Notes: generated by a model from the sequence alone, not told the origin. Shown: positions 36,358-47,229, numbered from the whole stretch's first letter. The stretch: 62,062 bases of DNA, filler included, from Babesia bigemina (GCF_000981445.1; 10 parts of 10 records of this genome joined end to end with filler, not necessarily neighbours in it); one strand, 5' to 3'. Program-made: numbers and translations.

Positions 36358-36592
36358 GATGTAGAGTGGATTAGGGAGCGATGTAGAGTGGGTTAGGGAG
36401 CGATGTAGAGTGGGTTAAGGGGCGATGTAGAGTGGGTAAAGGGGCGATGTAGAGTGGGTAAAGGGGCGATGTAGAGTGGATAAAGGGGCGATGTAGAGTG
36501 GATTAGGGAGCGATGTAGGGTGGGTAAAGGGGCGATGTAGAGTGGGTTAAGGGGCGATGTGGAGTGGATAGAGGAGCGATGTGGAGTGGATA
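36358..36592 (-). repeat. 22-bp repeat array (complete, about 11 units)
   Basis: GCGATGTAGAGTGG units on +. Confidence 0.95.
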
Positions 36593-36616
36593 ATAATCAT
36601 CACTCTGGTCACCACT

Positions 36617-36897
36617 GTCATCGCTGCCGTGAGCATGTCATCGCTGCCGTGACCATGTCATCGCTGCCGTAACCATGACATCGCTGCTGTGTCCATGTCA
36701 TCGCTGCCGTGACCATGTCATCGCTGCCGTGACCATGTCATCGCTGCCGTAACCATGTCATCGCTGCCGTGACCATGTCATCGCTGCCGTAACCATGTCA
36801 TCGCTGCCGTGACCATGTCATCGCTGCCGTGTCCATCTCATCGCTGCCGTGACCATATCATCGCTGCCGTAACCATGACATCGCTGCCGTGACCACC
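36617..36897 (-). repeat. 20-bp repeat array (about 14 units)
   Basis: GTCATCGCTGCCGTGACCAT units. Confidence 0.95.
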
Positions 36898-37067
36898 AAC
36901 TTGGTCACCACGTTGGTCGTGGCATTGGTCACCACTTTGGTCAGGTGCTTGGTCACCACGTTGGTCAGCACGTTGGTCAGCACTTTGGTCACCACGTTGG
37001 TCATGGCATTGGTCAGCACTTTGGTCAGCACTTTGGTCAGCACATTAGTCAGCACCTTGGTCAGCAC
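36898..37067 (-). repeat. 12-bp repeat array
   Basis: TTGGTCAGCAC[G/T/A] units on +. Confidence 0.9.
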
Positions 37068-37196
37068 TTTGCCTGGTTGCTAGGTCAACACGTTGCCTGG
37101 TTGCTAGCTTACCACGTTGCTTGTGTGCCAGCTTAGCACTTAACCTGTCGGTTAGCTTAGCACTTTGCCTGGTTGCTAGCTTAGCACTTAGCTTGG
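37068..37196 (-). repeat. 24-bp repeat (CAAAGTGCTAAGCTAGCAACCAGG in gene orientation)
   Basis: CACTTTGCCTGGTTGCTAGCTTAG units on +. Confidence 0.85.
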
Positions 37197-37336
37197 TCGT
37201 TCACTCATCATCTAATCTTGGTGCTATCTAGTTCACAGGTTGCCGCTAGAGTAATTCGAGACATTAGACTACGTTTGTTGGTTAGGTGAGTAGGTGATTC
37301 GCTAAGTGAGTGTAGTGATTAGAAACGTGAATACAA

Positions 37337-38860
37337 TTACGGCTGTAGATACGATATCTTGGCAAGCCTTCCGACTTGCGCTGCAGCCAACAGCGATTGC
37401 GCCGTTATTTTGTGCGATGACGGTATCCTCAGGTGTGAGCGTATGTGGAGCACATCCAGTCTGCCAACCATCACGCAGATGAGGTAGAAGAGGGACAGTG
37501 ACCAGAGTGCCACGTTGAGCCATATAAACGGCTGCCTGATTGTGAAAATGAAGTCATCAATTTTTCTAATAAGTTCGACAAGTATAGACTCCTTATTAAA
37601 TACCTCTTTGAATGCCGTACAGAAATTTTGGCACGTGCGTTTTTTCTCGAGTCCATCCTTCCCGTTTAACTTGGCTTGCTGTAGAAACACGAACCCGTAT
37701 TTTGACAAAGTCGGCAGTGCTTTTCTGCATTGGACTATAGATTTACAATCGGTATGATGTTCCTTTGGGGTTGGCGGTTTTCTATGCCTTGGACAATCCT
37801 TAACACAGCATGTCGTTAAGCAGTTGGATCCCTTTGGACCGCAGTTAGAGTTGCACTCGTCATATAACTTTTTGAGTAAATCGTAGAATGTCTCAGTCTG
37901 GTAAACAATCCATGATAGGTATTTATCGGCATATTTAGCTGCATATATATTTCTGATTTCGCTATTGATGGGATACAGATATGGCCCACATACGACCGAT
38001 TCTCTTGATGTGCATACGAAACTGCCGAGACTACCGCTCGAATGCCCCTGCCACACTGCGGAGTGACTAGGGGAAAATAGGTTATGCACTTTGAGCTCAT
38101 CATATTTGTTCTCGAAGTGCGCTGCGCTGACGGCTTTGTTAAATGCGCCCTCTCTATGTTCTCTATCCTGCGTGGTCCAGCCGTATATATAATTATAATA
38201 GAACGCGAACATGTCGCCTAGCGTCAGCGGAGGTTTTTGCATGAGACATATAATGCAAGCGCATAGTGAGCGGAGGTGAGATTTTTCACCACAGAAATCT
38301 CTTAGAATCTTTCTGAGATCGGCGCCCGTTTTCGTATGCGATGCTAGTTCACTGATATCACAAAAGCCCATTGGTGTCTTGCACGGCAGGCCGCGGTGAT
38401 TGGACACAGTGCAGTCCAGCTTGCAACCTGGCTTTTTGAACTGGTGTGGTAGGAAACCTTGTAGGCCGTCCTCTAGGTACGATTGGAGTGGCGATTTCAC
38501 ACCGCACTTGGGGTGTTGGTCACCCATTTGCTCATGAATTTGGTCGCGTGTTTGGTTCTTCGTTTGGTCGCATATTTGGTTGGCACATTGCTTCTCATTA
38601 CACTGCCAGTCCGATCCAGCGACATACCTACCGTACCAACAATCAGCCCATCCACCGCTCTCACGGCCGTTCTCGCACTGACTGCATAGGAATCGGAACT
38701 GGTGATACAGTCTTTCTAATATATCCGCGAGTAAATCAAAGCACGCAGCGGCGTTGCTGGGATAATCGAAGTTTTCCGCGTTGGTGTTGTAGTCAACTGC
38801 GTAACGTCCACCCGCGTGGCCGTGACCCATGATGGCAGTAAGAACCGAGTGGGCGTGCAA
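37337..38860 (-). CDS. ves1: ves-like gene 3' part, tail class B (5' truncated by gap)
   Basis: GHGHAGGRYAVDY, CGVKSPLQSYLEDGL, TM, ...QVGRLAKISYLQP. Confidence 0.88.
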   Translation of the reverse strand: MHAHSVLTAIMGHGHAGGRYAVDYNTNAENFDYPSNAAACFDLLADILERLYHQFRFLCSQCENGRESGGWADCWYGRYVAGSDWQCNEKQCANQICDQTKNQTRDQIHEQMGDQHPKCGVKSPLQSYLEDGLQGFLPHQFKKPGCKLDCTVSNHRGLPCKTPMGFCDISELASHTKTGADLRKILRDFCGEKSHLRSLCACIICLMQKPPLTLGDMFAFYYNYIYGWTTQDREHREGAFNKAVSAAHFENKYDELKVHNLFSPSHSAVWQGHSSGSLGSFVCTSRESVVCGPYLYPINSEIRNIYAAKYADKYLSWIVYQTETFYDLLKKLYDECNSNCGPKGSNCLTTCCVKDCPRHRKPPTPKEHHTDCKSIVQCRKALPTLSKYGFVFLQQAKLNGKDGLEKKRTCQNFCTAFKEVFNKESILVELIRKIDDFIFTIRQPFIWLNVALWSLSLFYLICVMVGRLDVLHIRSHLRIPSSHKITAQSLLAAAQVGRLAKISYLQP

Positions 38861-39039
38861 AACAACATTTGGCNNNNNNNNNNNNNNNNNNNNNNNNNNN
38901 NNNNNNNNNNNNNNNNNTTAATTAATTAANNNNNNNNNNNNNNNNNNNNNNNNNNNNNNNNNNNNNNNNNNNNTAAACCACTCCACATCGCTCCCTAACC
39001 CACTCTACATCCCTTTAATTACCTCGCCATAATACCGCT

Positions 39040-42000
39040 GTGACCTCTTTAGACCACAATAATAACTTGTGCCTTGTCACCCTTCCCTTCCCCTCTTCCA
39101 CCTCTTGCCACTGCCCTGACCATGTGCCGCCTAGTGAGCTTGACAAGTAATTTGACAAAATTTTGAACCTTAAAATTACCTCAAATAACAACCCTAATAA
39201 CATCCTTAATAACCTCTGCACTGACCTCGAAACTTTCCTCGGCTTCAATCCATCTTCCAAAGGCTACGACGGCTCTGGGATAGTGTACTCTGACCTGGAC
39301 AGGCTGTGTGACGGGGTGATGGGATTTTTGAGTGGTGTGCTTGATGCGGTGAAAGATGATGATGCGGTTAAAACGTATGATAAAGATGATGATAATAACA
39401 TTAATACAGTTATTAAGAAATTACAATCTCAAATTGGCTCCGGGCGTGAAGGGCTTGTGGATGCTGTCGGCGCGGTGAAGGGGTGGTTGGAGGGGTATGA
39501 TGCTACCTTAACTGAAAAAACGGAAAACGTATTAGGGCCTTTGAAAAGTATAGATAGAGATATAGATGATCACAAAACATTGTTAGACACTTTGAAAAAT
39601 AGAGAGTATGATGCTGTTGCTCAGCAGTTGATGCAATGGGCTGACTCTGTCAATAGCTTAGTGACACAACCCAAATCATCTTTAGATTCACTTAGAGACT
39701 TAGATCCTAACCTCAAAAATAAGTTAGAAACCAACGTCCTCGTAATTTTTAATAGTGTTAATACATTTGTAGAATCCACGAAACTTGACTATAGCGACTT
39801 GGTGGCGGTAGCCAGTAGTGTCGATAGAGACCTTACAACGCTTCAAAGTCAGATTAGTAGCACAGTTACAGAACAGGTCAATGTACTTAAGGAAACGGTG
39901 ACTAAGGGTATTGACGGTCTTCGTAGGCTAGTAAAAGAAGAACTTGAGAGGAAGGTTAAGCTTTTGACTGACACAGTCTGGAAGTTGCACATTGTTCGAC
40001 AAAACATTAAGAAGTCCGTTGATGTAATTAATGTAAAATTTGATAAGAAAAGCACCTCTCCAAATACAGTGCCTGGGGCCGTGATTTTGGCGAATGGCAT
40101 TCACACGGCAGCTCAGCAGATCGAAGGTATAAATAAGCTCGGTGGTTTATGGGCAGACATTGAAGCGGCGCTTAAGAGGTTGACTGGTGAAATTGCAAAT
40201 GGTGATGTCGCGGGTGACCATTCTGGTATGCTGTATGAAGTTGTAGACGGTGTAAAGCTATATGCTAAAATGTTCGTATCGCAATGTCAGGAGGCCATTG
40301 ACGAGATGGTTAGCAAGATTGTTACGAATGATGGAGACAGAGGGTATATCTTCACGTACGTTGGCGGTCTCAAAAGGGAAAAAGTAATTACAGGTCCACT
40401 TAGCGGTAAGGGGACTACTGAAATTGCTCCTCAGGTAGCACATTTTGTTCAGAGCGCAATTACGGATGCACTAAAAAAAATGCCAAAACTTCCTATGCAA
40501 CTTGGATCAAACACCACAGTAGACGGTAATCTCTCCGATATTAGAAATTATCTTGTCAATTACGCGAAGCAAGTAATGCTTCAGGAGACCAATATAGTTT
40601 TGGCCGTCGAGAAACAAATGGAAGAAGATCCGGAGTTTCAAGCCTCAAATCCATTTGGATCTGGATACAGGTCATATCTCAGATGGAGTGTGGATGCTGC
40701 GCTCACGGCGGTGTATTTGGCCGTTACGGGTGTGGCTGAGGAACTCAATAATTTCATAATAACTACTCATGTTGGTTACATAGCGACTGCAATAACTGAG
40801 ATTACTGGTCTTGGAAAGAAACTTCAGCCATTAGTCGAAAATCATATAAATCCAATTAAAAATATGGTCTCCACCGACGTTACTCTTAAGGCTAAGAACC
40901 TCAGCGATGGTCTAGCGTATATTATTGACTCAATTAGTAAGGAGATTGATACCATTAGCAGTATTTTAGAAGACAAAAAAGACAGAAAAAATACAGATGA
41001 CAAAAAACTCGTAGGTGTGAAGAATCAGATTGATAAGAAGGTCAACGATCTCAACCAACAAGTGACCTCTACCCTTGATGCACAAGTTAGTGCATTAAAA
41101 GAGGACACGCTAGAGAAAGCCACTAATCTCTGCCAAACCACAATCACCTCAAAAGTTACCAGCGAAAGTGCCACCGCCAAGAAAAGCATTAAACACGAGG
41201 CCCTGAGAATGTTTGCGGACACCAAAGAGAGAGAGTTCGAGGTGCTCAAAGGATTGGTCACTGAGAAAAATGCAGAGATTGATGCCATTATTCAGAAAGA
41301 TTTGGAGAGCGGACTGAAAGGGATGATAGGCAAAATGAAGGCGAATGACACCTATCTCGACACTCTGCAAACGCAAACGGAACTACGAACAGCTACCCCC
41401 CAAGTCAGAATGTACCTAGATGTGCTGCTCCAATACGTCGAAGATCAAGTTAGAATCTCAACCGCACAGCAAACGAAGAAAGACACTGTTGCGTCCACCA
41501 AAATCGCTGACGTGAAAGCCGTGCTCGGCCTCCTGCTCGACGACCTCTCCTCGAATCACTTTGATCATACATTCTCCCGTAATCTCGTTGATTTTACTAA
41601 CTCACTTAGCGCACTGCAACCATCTAAGTTTACTGGCCATAATCATCCGGAGTTGCCTGATGCCATGAGAGGTGGACTTCGGAAGCTTGTAGGTGAACTT
41701 GGGAGGGCGTATGTCAGTAGGTACGATGGCTCGCCGGCAATCACCGATTGGTTGTTAAAAGACCCTAAGCAGCAAAGCGCTCAAAAAGCACAGGACTCCG
41801 ATCAAAATATGATTCTGACGACAAATGGGAAGAATTGCGCGAAGGTGTTTTTGACGTGCGTGACGATGCTTTTTAATGAGTCGCATCATTTGTTCTACCA
41901 CGGCGGTAAAGAGTGGCGTAAAATTCGTGTACAAACGAAAACTGATAATGATGTGAATGACCTACAGAAATATTTACTAAAATCCGGTTACCAAATTCCG

Positions 42001-43956
42001 AGTCTCATCAACGAAAACAACACCGGTCGAGATGTCGCGGTGCGTTTAAGTAGAGTGTTCAGAAATCATGGTGAATTCAATAGAGAGCCTACCGACTTTA
42101 AATCTTGGGAAGACTACAAAGAGTACTATAGACACGGTAAAGGTATTCTATTGAAACTGTTCACCCACCTAAACGAATACTACGAAGTCTGCCACTACGG
42201 TACCATGTTCGCCACCAAGCAACCGTCGAGCGTATACGAAATGCTGCTATGGTTGTCCGGTTTTCCATACAATCCTGTCTACCAACCGTTGTCATTTAAC
42301 GGATTCAGTGAGCTGTTTGAGAAGGAGGAGAACAACGCTGCTAACAGTGAGGGGGACGAAATCTTGCTTGAAACCGACGACGCCGATAGTCTGCCTGCCT
42401 ACCCGGAGAACATCACCGTTGGAGGAATATCAGGCATACTGACGGAAGTATGCCATCAGGCTCACGACGTACTTACATCTATACTTGGCCATGGACACGC
42501 GGACGGAATATATGCGGTGGACTTCAACACCAATTCTCAAGGGTTCTCGTATCCCTCTCGCTACGGCCAATGCATTGATATGCTGGTAGACATCTTGCAT
42601 CGTCTTTACCAACAGCTCTACTTCGTATACTGCCAATGCTGCAACGACGAAATCTGTTCCGGGTGGCGGGGTTGTTTGTATGGCAATGCAATCGGTGGGT
42701 CAGATTGGAAGTGCAACTCAAAGCAATGCGCTGACCAAAAGTGTAACCAAAAGGTCAACCAAACGTGTGAGTTACACCCTAAGTGCGGTGTAAAATCCCC
42801 GTTACAGTCATACTTAGAGGATGGTTTGCCGGGTTTTCTACCACACCCATTTAAGAAACCAGGTTGTAAACTAGAATGCACTGTGTCCAACCATCGCGGC
42901 ATACCGTGTAAGACGCCAATGGGCTTTACAGATATAAGCACTATGGCATCGCATACTCAGATAGGTGAACATCTTAGGAAGGTGCTTGCAGAATTTTGTG
43001 GAAAACAGGGTAGTCCACTTACGAAACTTTGTGGTTACTTCAACTGTCTGTTACAAACGCCTCCGCAGACTCTCGGCGATATGTTCGCCTTTTACTACAA
43101 TTTCACCAATCGCTGGAGCATGGGTAATAGCGAGCATAGGGAAGCAGCATTCAACACTGCGGTGAACAATGCAAACTTTGGCGTTAATTATGAAGAGCTA
43201 AAGGTTTACTACATATTTTCCTTTAGTCACTCAGAAGCGTGGACGGGGCATTCTGCTGGTAGCCTGGGAAGTCTCGTATGCTTATCAAGGGAAGCCGTCG
43301 TATGCGGTCCTTATCTGCGTCCCATCAGTAACGCCATCTACGAGACGTTCTCGTCAAAACACGCCGATAAGTACTTGTCGTGGATTGTCTATCTGACGGC
43401 GACGTTCTACGATCTGCTGAAGAAATTGTACGATGAGTGCAATTCCAAATGCGGTGCCAGGGAATCAAATTGCCATGAAAAGGCGTGCATCAAGGGGTGT
43501 CCAACTACAACCATACAAGATCCGCCACGATATCACCATCGCGACTGCAAATCCATTGTGAAATGCAATTCTACGCTGCCGACATTGGCGAAGTACGGCT
43601 TCGTTTTCGGCGATCCAGAGAGGCTGAGCGGGAGTGAACGACCGCAAACGAAACGCACGTGCAGAGATTTCTGTGATGTATTTGCGGAGGCATTTGAGAA
43701 GGACTCACATCTTGTGCAGTTTTTCAAAGCCATTGATAATTTCATTTTCACCATCCGCGCACCGTTCCTGTGGGTGACCGTCGCACTCTGGTCACTATCC
43801 CTCTTCTACCTCATCTGCGTAATGGTTGGCAGACTGGATGTGCTCCACATCAAATCACACCTGAGGGTACCGTCATCGCACAAGATAACTGCTCAATCAT
43901 TGTTGGCTGCAGCGCAAGTCGGAAGGCTTGCCAAGATATCGTATCTACAACCGTGA
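39040..43956 (+). CDS. ves1: ves-like gene, tail class B; leader ATG changed to GTG (39040) and TAA at 39148-39150
   Basis: Open frame from 39151 (FDKILNLKITSNNNP..NLCTDLETFLGFN) to ...GRLAKISYLQP; preceded by 22-bp repeat remnant 38974-39012. Confidence 0.88.
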
Positions 43957-44114
43957 CCATCGTCACATTTGTAATTCACAACATCTCACGTAACAACTCA
44001 CTTAGCGAATCACCTACTCACCTAACCGACAAACGTAGTCTAATGTCTCGAATTACTCTAACGGCAACCTGTGAACTAAATAGCATGTAAATTAGGTGAT
44101 GAGTGAACGACCAT

Positions 44115-44706
44115 GCAACGTGCTGAGCTAGCAACCAGGCTAAGTGCTAAGCTGGCACCCAGGCAACGTGGTAAGCTGGCATCCAGGCAAAGTGCTGAGC
44201 TGGCAACCAGGCTAAGTGCTGAGCTGGCAACCAGGCAAAGTGCTAAGCTGGCAATCAGGTTAAGTGATAAGCAAGCATCCAGGCAAAGTGCTGAGCTAGC
44301 ACCCAGGCAAAGTGCTAACCTAGCACGAAGGCAAAGTGGTAAGCTAGCACCCAGGCAAAGTGCTAAGCTAGCAACCAGGCAAAGTGTTGACCTAGCAACC
44401 AGGCAGAGTGGTAAGCTAGCAGCCAGGCAAAGTGATAAGCTGGCAATCAGGTTAAGTGATAAGCAAGCATCCAGGCAAAGTGCTGAGCTAGCACCCAGGC
44501 AAAGTGTTAACCTAGCATCCAAGCTAAGTGGTAAGCTAGCAACCAGGCAAAGTGCTAAGCTAGCAACCAGGCAAAGTGCTAAGCAAGCACCCAGGCTAAG
44601 TGTTGACCTAGCAACCAGGCTAAGCGTTAACCTAGCACCCAGGCAAAGTGCTAACCCAGCACTCAGGCAAAGTGCTAAGCAAGCAACCAGGTAACGTGAT
44701 AAGCTG
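44115..44706 (+). repeat. 24-bp tandem repeat array (about 24 units)
   Basis: CAAAGTGCTAAGCTAGCAACCAGG units; source of the RQSAKLAT ORF. Confidence 0.95.
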
Positions 44707-45056
44707 GCGGATGAACCGTAATTTGGTTGTTGCGTTGAGTTGAGGGTTGACTGTGAGAGGTGTCCGCGTTGTCCATTGAGTCAGTGTCACGTGAGGCTAG
44801 GTGATTGGTAGCTAACGTAGGCGGCCGTGAGGGCCGCGGCGGGTGACCTAAGTCGTGTGTTGCGAGTCACTGGCAGGGTGGCGTAATCCGCGTTGGCCTG
44901 GTTGAATGGCGTTTATAGGCAGCAATGTAGCGATTGTTAATATCACATTTAGGCACGTAGCCGACACGCTCCGCCAGTACGGCGCCGATACCGCGGCTCG
45001 TAGCACGGTGCTGCTGCACTGTGGGAGTTGAGCGCACGGGGCTCGCTGCAATTTTA

Positions 45057-45197
45057 ATGGCGTTGCGAATAGTGAATAATTTAAAGTGGCTCTTGCTGCT
45101 GATCACATGCGTCGCGTCAGGGCAGCTGTGGTATCCCGGGCAGCGTGGGTGTCGGTGGCCTGGGCTGGGGGGACACAGGGGTGAGGGTGAGTGTTGA
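45057..45197 (+). pseudogene. Signal-peptide-like first exon of a decayed gene (MALRIVNNLKWLLLLITCVASG...)
   Basis: ATG at 45057 followed by a hydrophobic stretch. The paralogous copy at 47915(-) reads (ACG)ALRIFNNLK*QLVLITCVASGVAVVSWAVWVSVARAGG; the two copies differ by a 1-nt indel after VASG. Confidence 0.5.
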
Positions 45198-45199
45198 TG

Positions 45200-45745
45200 A
45201 GGGGACTGGGAGCGGCAGTGGTACGTGTTGCAGTTGGTGAGTGCGTTGCTAGGTGATTGATATGTTCGCAGGCTGAGGGGACTGGGAGGGGCAGTGGTAG
45301 TGTTGTAATTGGTGAGTGCGTTGCTTAGTGATTGATATGTTAGCAGGTTGAGGGGACTGGGAGGGGCAGTGGTAGTGTTGTAATTGGTGAGTGCTGCTTG
45401 AGTGATTGATATGTTTGCAGTTGAGGGGACTGGGAGCGGCAGTGGTAGTGTTGCATTTGGTGAGTGCTTTGCTAGGTGATTGATAAGTTTGCAGGTTGAG
45501 GGGACTGGGAGCGGCAGTGGCACGTGTTGCAGTTGGTGAGTGCTTGCTTGGTGATTGACATGTCTGCAGGTTGAGGGGACTGGGAGCGGCAGTGGTACGT
45601 GTTGCAGTTGGTGAGTGCTTGCTTGGTGATTGACATGTCTGCAGGTTGAGGGGACTGGGAGCGGCAGTGGTACGTGTTGCAGTTGGTGAGTGCGTTGTTT
45701 GAGTGATTGATATGTTTGCAGGCTGAGGGGACTGGGAGGGGCAGT
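45200..45745 (+). repeat. ~75-bp tandem repeat, each unit a GTGAGT...TTTGCAG intron-like 35-mer plus a ~40-nt G-rich segment
   Basis: GTGAGTGCGTTGCTAGGTGATTGATATGTTTGCAG|GTTGAGGGGACTGGGAGCGGCAGTGGTAGTGTTGCAGTTG repeated about 7 times. Confidence 0.92.
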
Positions 45746-45845
45746 NNNNNNNNNNNNNNNNNNNNNNNNNNNNNNNNNNNNNNNNNNNNTTAATTAATTA
45801 ANNNNNNNNNNNNNNNNNNNNNNNNNNNNNNNNNNNNNNNNNNNN

Positions 45846-46045
45846 GTTAGGGAGCGATGTGGAGTGGATTAGGGAGCGATGTAGAGTGGATAAGGGGCGA
45901 TGTGGAGTGGGTTAGGGAGCGATGTAGAGTGGGTTAGGGAGCGATGTAGAGTGGGTTAGGGAGCGATGTAGAGTGGGTTAGGGAGCGATGTAGAGTGGAT
46001 TAGGGAGCGATGTTGAGTGGGTTAGGGAGCGATGTAGAGTGGATA
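45846..46045 (-). repeat. 22-bp repeat array, GGGTTAGGG-rich variant
   Basis: GGGTTAGGGAGCGATGTAGAGT units on +. Confidence 0.95.
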
Positions 46046-46080
46046 ATAATCACCACTTAGGTCTGTTGCTTGGTCACCAC

Positions 46081-46450
46081 TGTCATCGCTGCCGTGACCA
46101 TGTCATCGCTGCCGTGACCATGTCATCGCTGCCGTAACCGTGTCATCGCTGCCGTGACCATCAACTTGGTCAGCACTCTGGTCATGGCATTGGTCAGCAC
46201 GTTGGTCACCACTTTGGTCAGCACGTTAGTCAGCACATTGGTCAACACTTTGGTCAGCACATTGGTCAACACTTTGGTCAGCACGTTAGTCAGCACATTG
46301 CTCACCACTCTGGTCAGCACCTTGGTCACCACGTTGGTCATGGCATTGGTCAGCACTCTGGTCATGGCATTGGTCAGCACTTTGGTCATGGCATTGGTCA
46401 GCACTTTGGTCATGGCATTGGTCAGCACATTGATCAGCACATTGGTCATC
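46081..46450 (-). repeat. 20-bp repeat (46081-46160, 4 units) plus 12-bp repeat (46161-46450)
   Basis: Directly visible units as in other cassettes. Confidence 0.92.
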
Positions 46451-46547
46451 AACGCAATCATTACTGTCTACAACATTAGATGCCAGTTGCCAGTTAGGTG
46501 ATCGGTGGGATTTGGATTACGATCTTTGCGCTAACAAATTACTGAGT

Positions 46548-46709
46548 TCAGCTGTAGAACGCGATGCAGAAGGGTATCTTGCGTACGAGGAAATCGCGGA
46601 TGTTGCGGCCCACCGGGAAGCGGAAGATGCACAGGTCGAGCAGGATGATGGCGACGATGATGCCAACGATGACGGCGGCGATGGCTTGGGGGGCAGGTGC
46701 TAAGTCACC
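46548..46709 (-). other. Start-less TM/cytoplasmic-tail coding segment (APAPQAIAAVIVGIIVAIILLDLCIFRFPVGRNIRDFLVRKIPFCIAFYS*)
   Basis: 54-codon frame with a clear TM helix and basic stop-transfer residues, no ATG, TTAG candidate acceptor ending at 46700. Confidence 0.65.
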
Positions 46710-46790
46710 TCACTGCTCATGTGATTGATCGTCAACGCAATCACTACTGTCTAGCATATTAGACTTCAGTTGCCAGTTGGGTTATTGCGA

Positions 46791-47225
46791 TCAGCTGCGC
46801 AGTAGATACCGCACCCTGTGGAACGGCCGGACGCGGAAGTAGATCATGACGCAGATGATGACGATGATGAGGGCGACGGGGACGATGATGTAAGGGGCGG
46901 GGTTGGTGATAGGCTGTTTACCGGTTTGCTGCTCAGCATTGGGGAGAGAGGGGGAACCGGGGGCAAGGCCGGCATGGGAGGAAAGGGTGGCATACTGGGT
47001 ACGTACAGATTCTACATTGCGTGCATTTCTACGACAAAAACAGGAACAATAAGAATTACATTTTATACAACCTTCAGAATGGCATTGATCGTTCATTTGC
47101 CGCTCATAGTAAGTATTGCGACATACAGGACATTTTCCTCTACAGGATATACAAGTCATGTAGCAGCATCTACAATAGTTCTTTTGACAATCTGTACCAC
47201 ACTTACACCGTTCCTCTCTCCCCAT
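46791..47225 (-). CDS. Small Cys-rich protein with C-terminal TM helix
   Basis: 144-aa ATG-initiated ORF: CKCGTDCQKNYCRCCYMTCISCRGKCPVC..., TM YIIVPVALIIVIICVMIYF, then RVRPFHR. Confidence 0.7.
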   Translation of the reverse strand: MGREERCKCGTDCQKNYCRCCYMTCISCRGKCPVCRNTYYERQMNDQCHSEGCIKCNSYCSCFCRRNARNVESVRTQYATLSSHAGLAPGSPSLPNAEQQTGKQPITNPAPYIIVPVALIIVIICVMIYFRVRPFHRVRYLLRS

Positions 47226-47229
47226 CTTC

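Noticed and set aside
44076..44694. Repeat ORFs (RQSAKLAT, LALCL, VLTN/LVST, HVGQ) here and at 36858-37136, 46123-46501, 48252-48698, 57643-57901, 60698-61049
   Set aside because: Stop-free translation of 12/24-bp repeats in several frames on both strands; no coding evidence.
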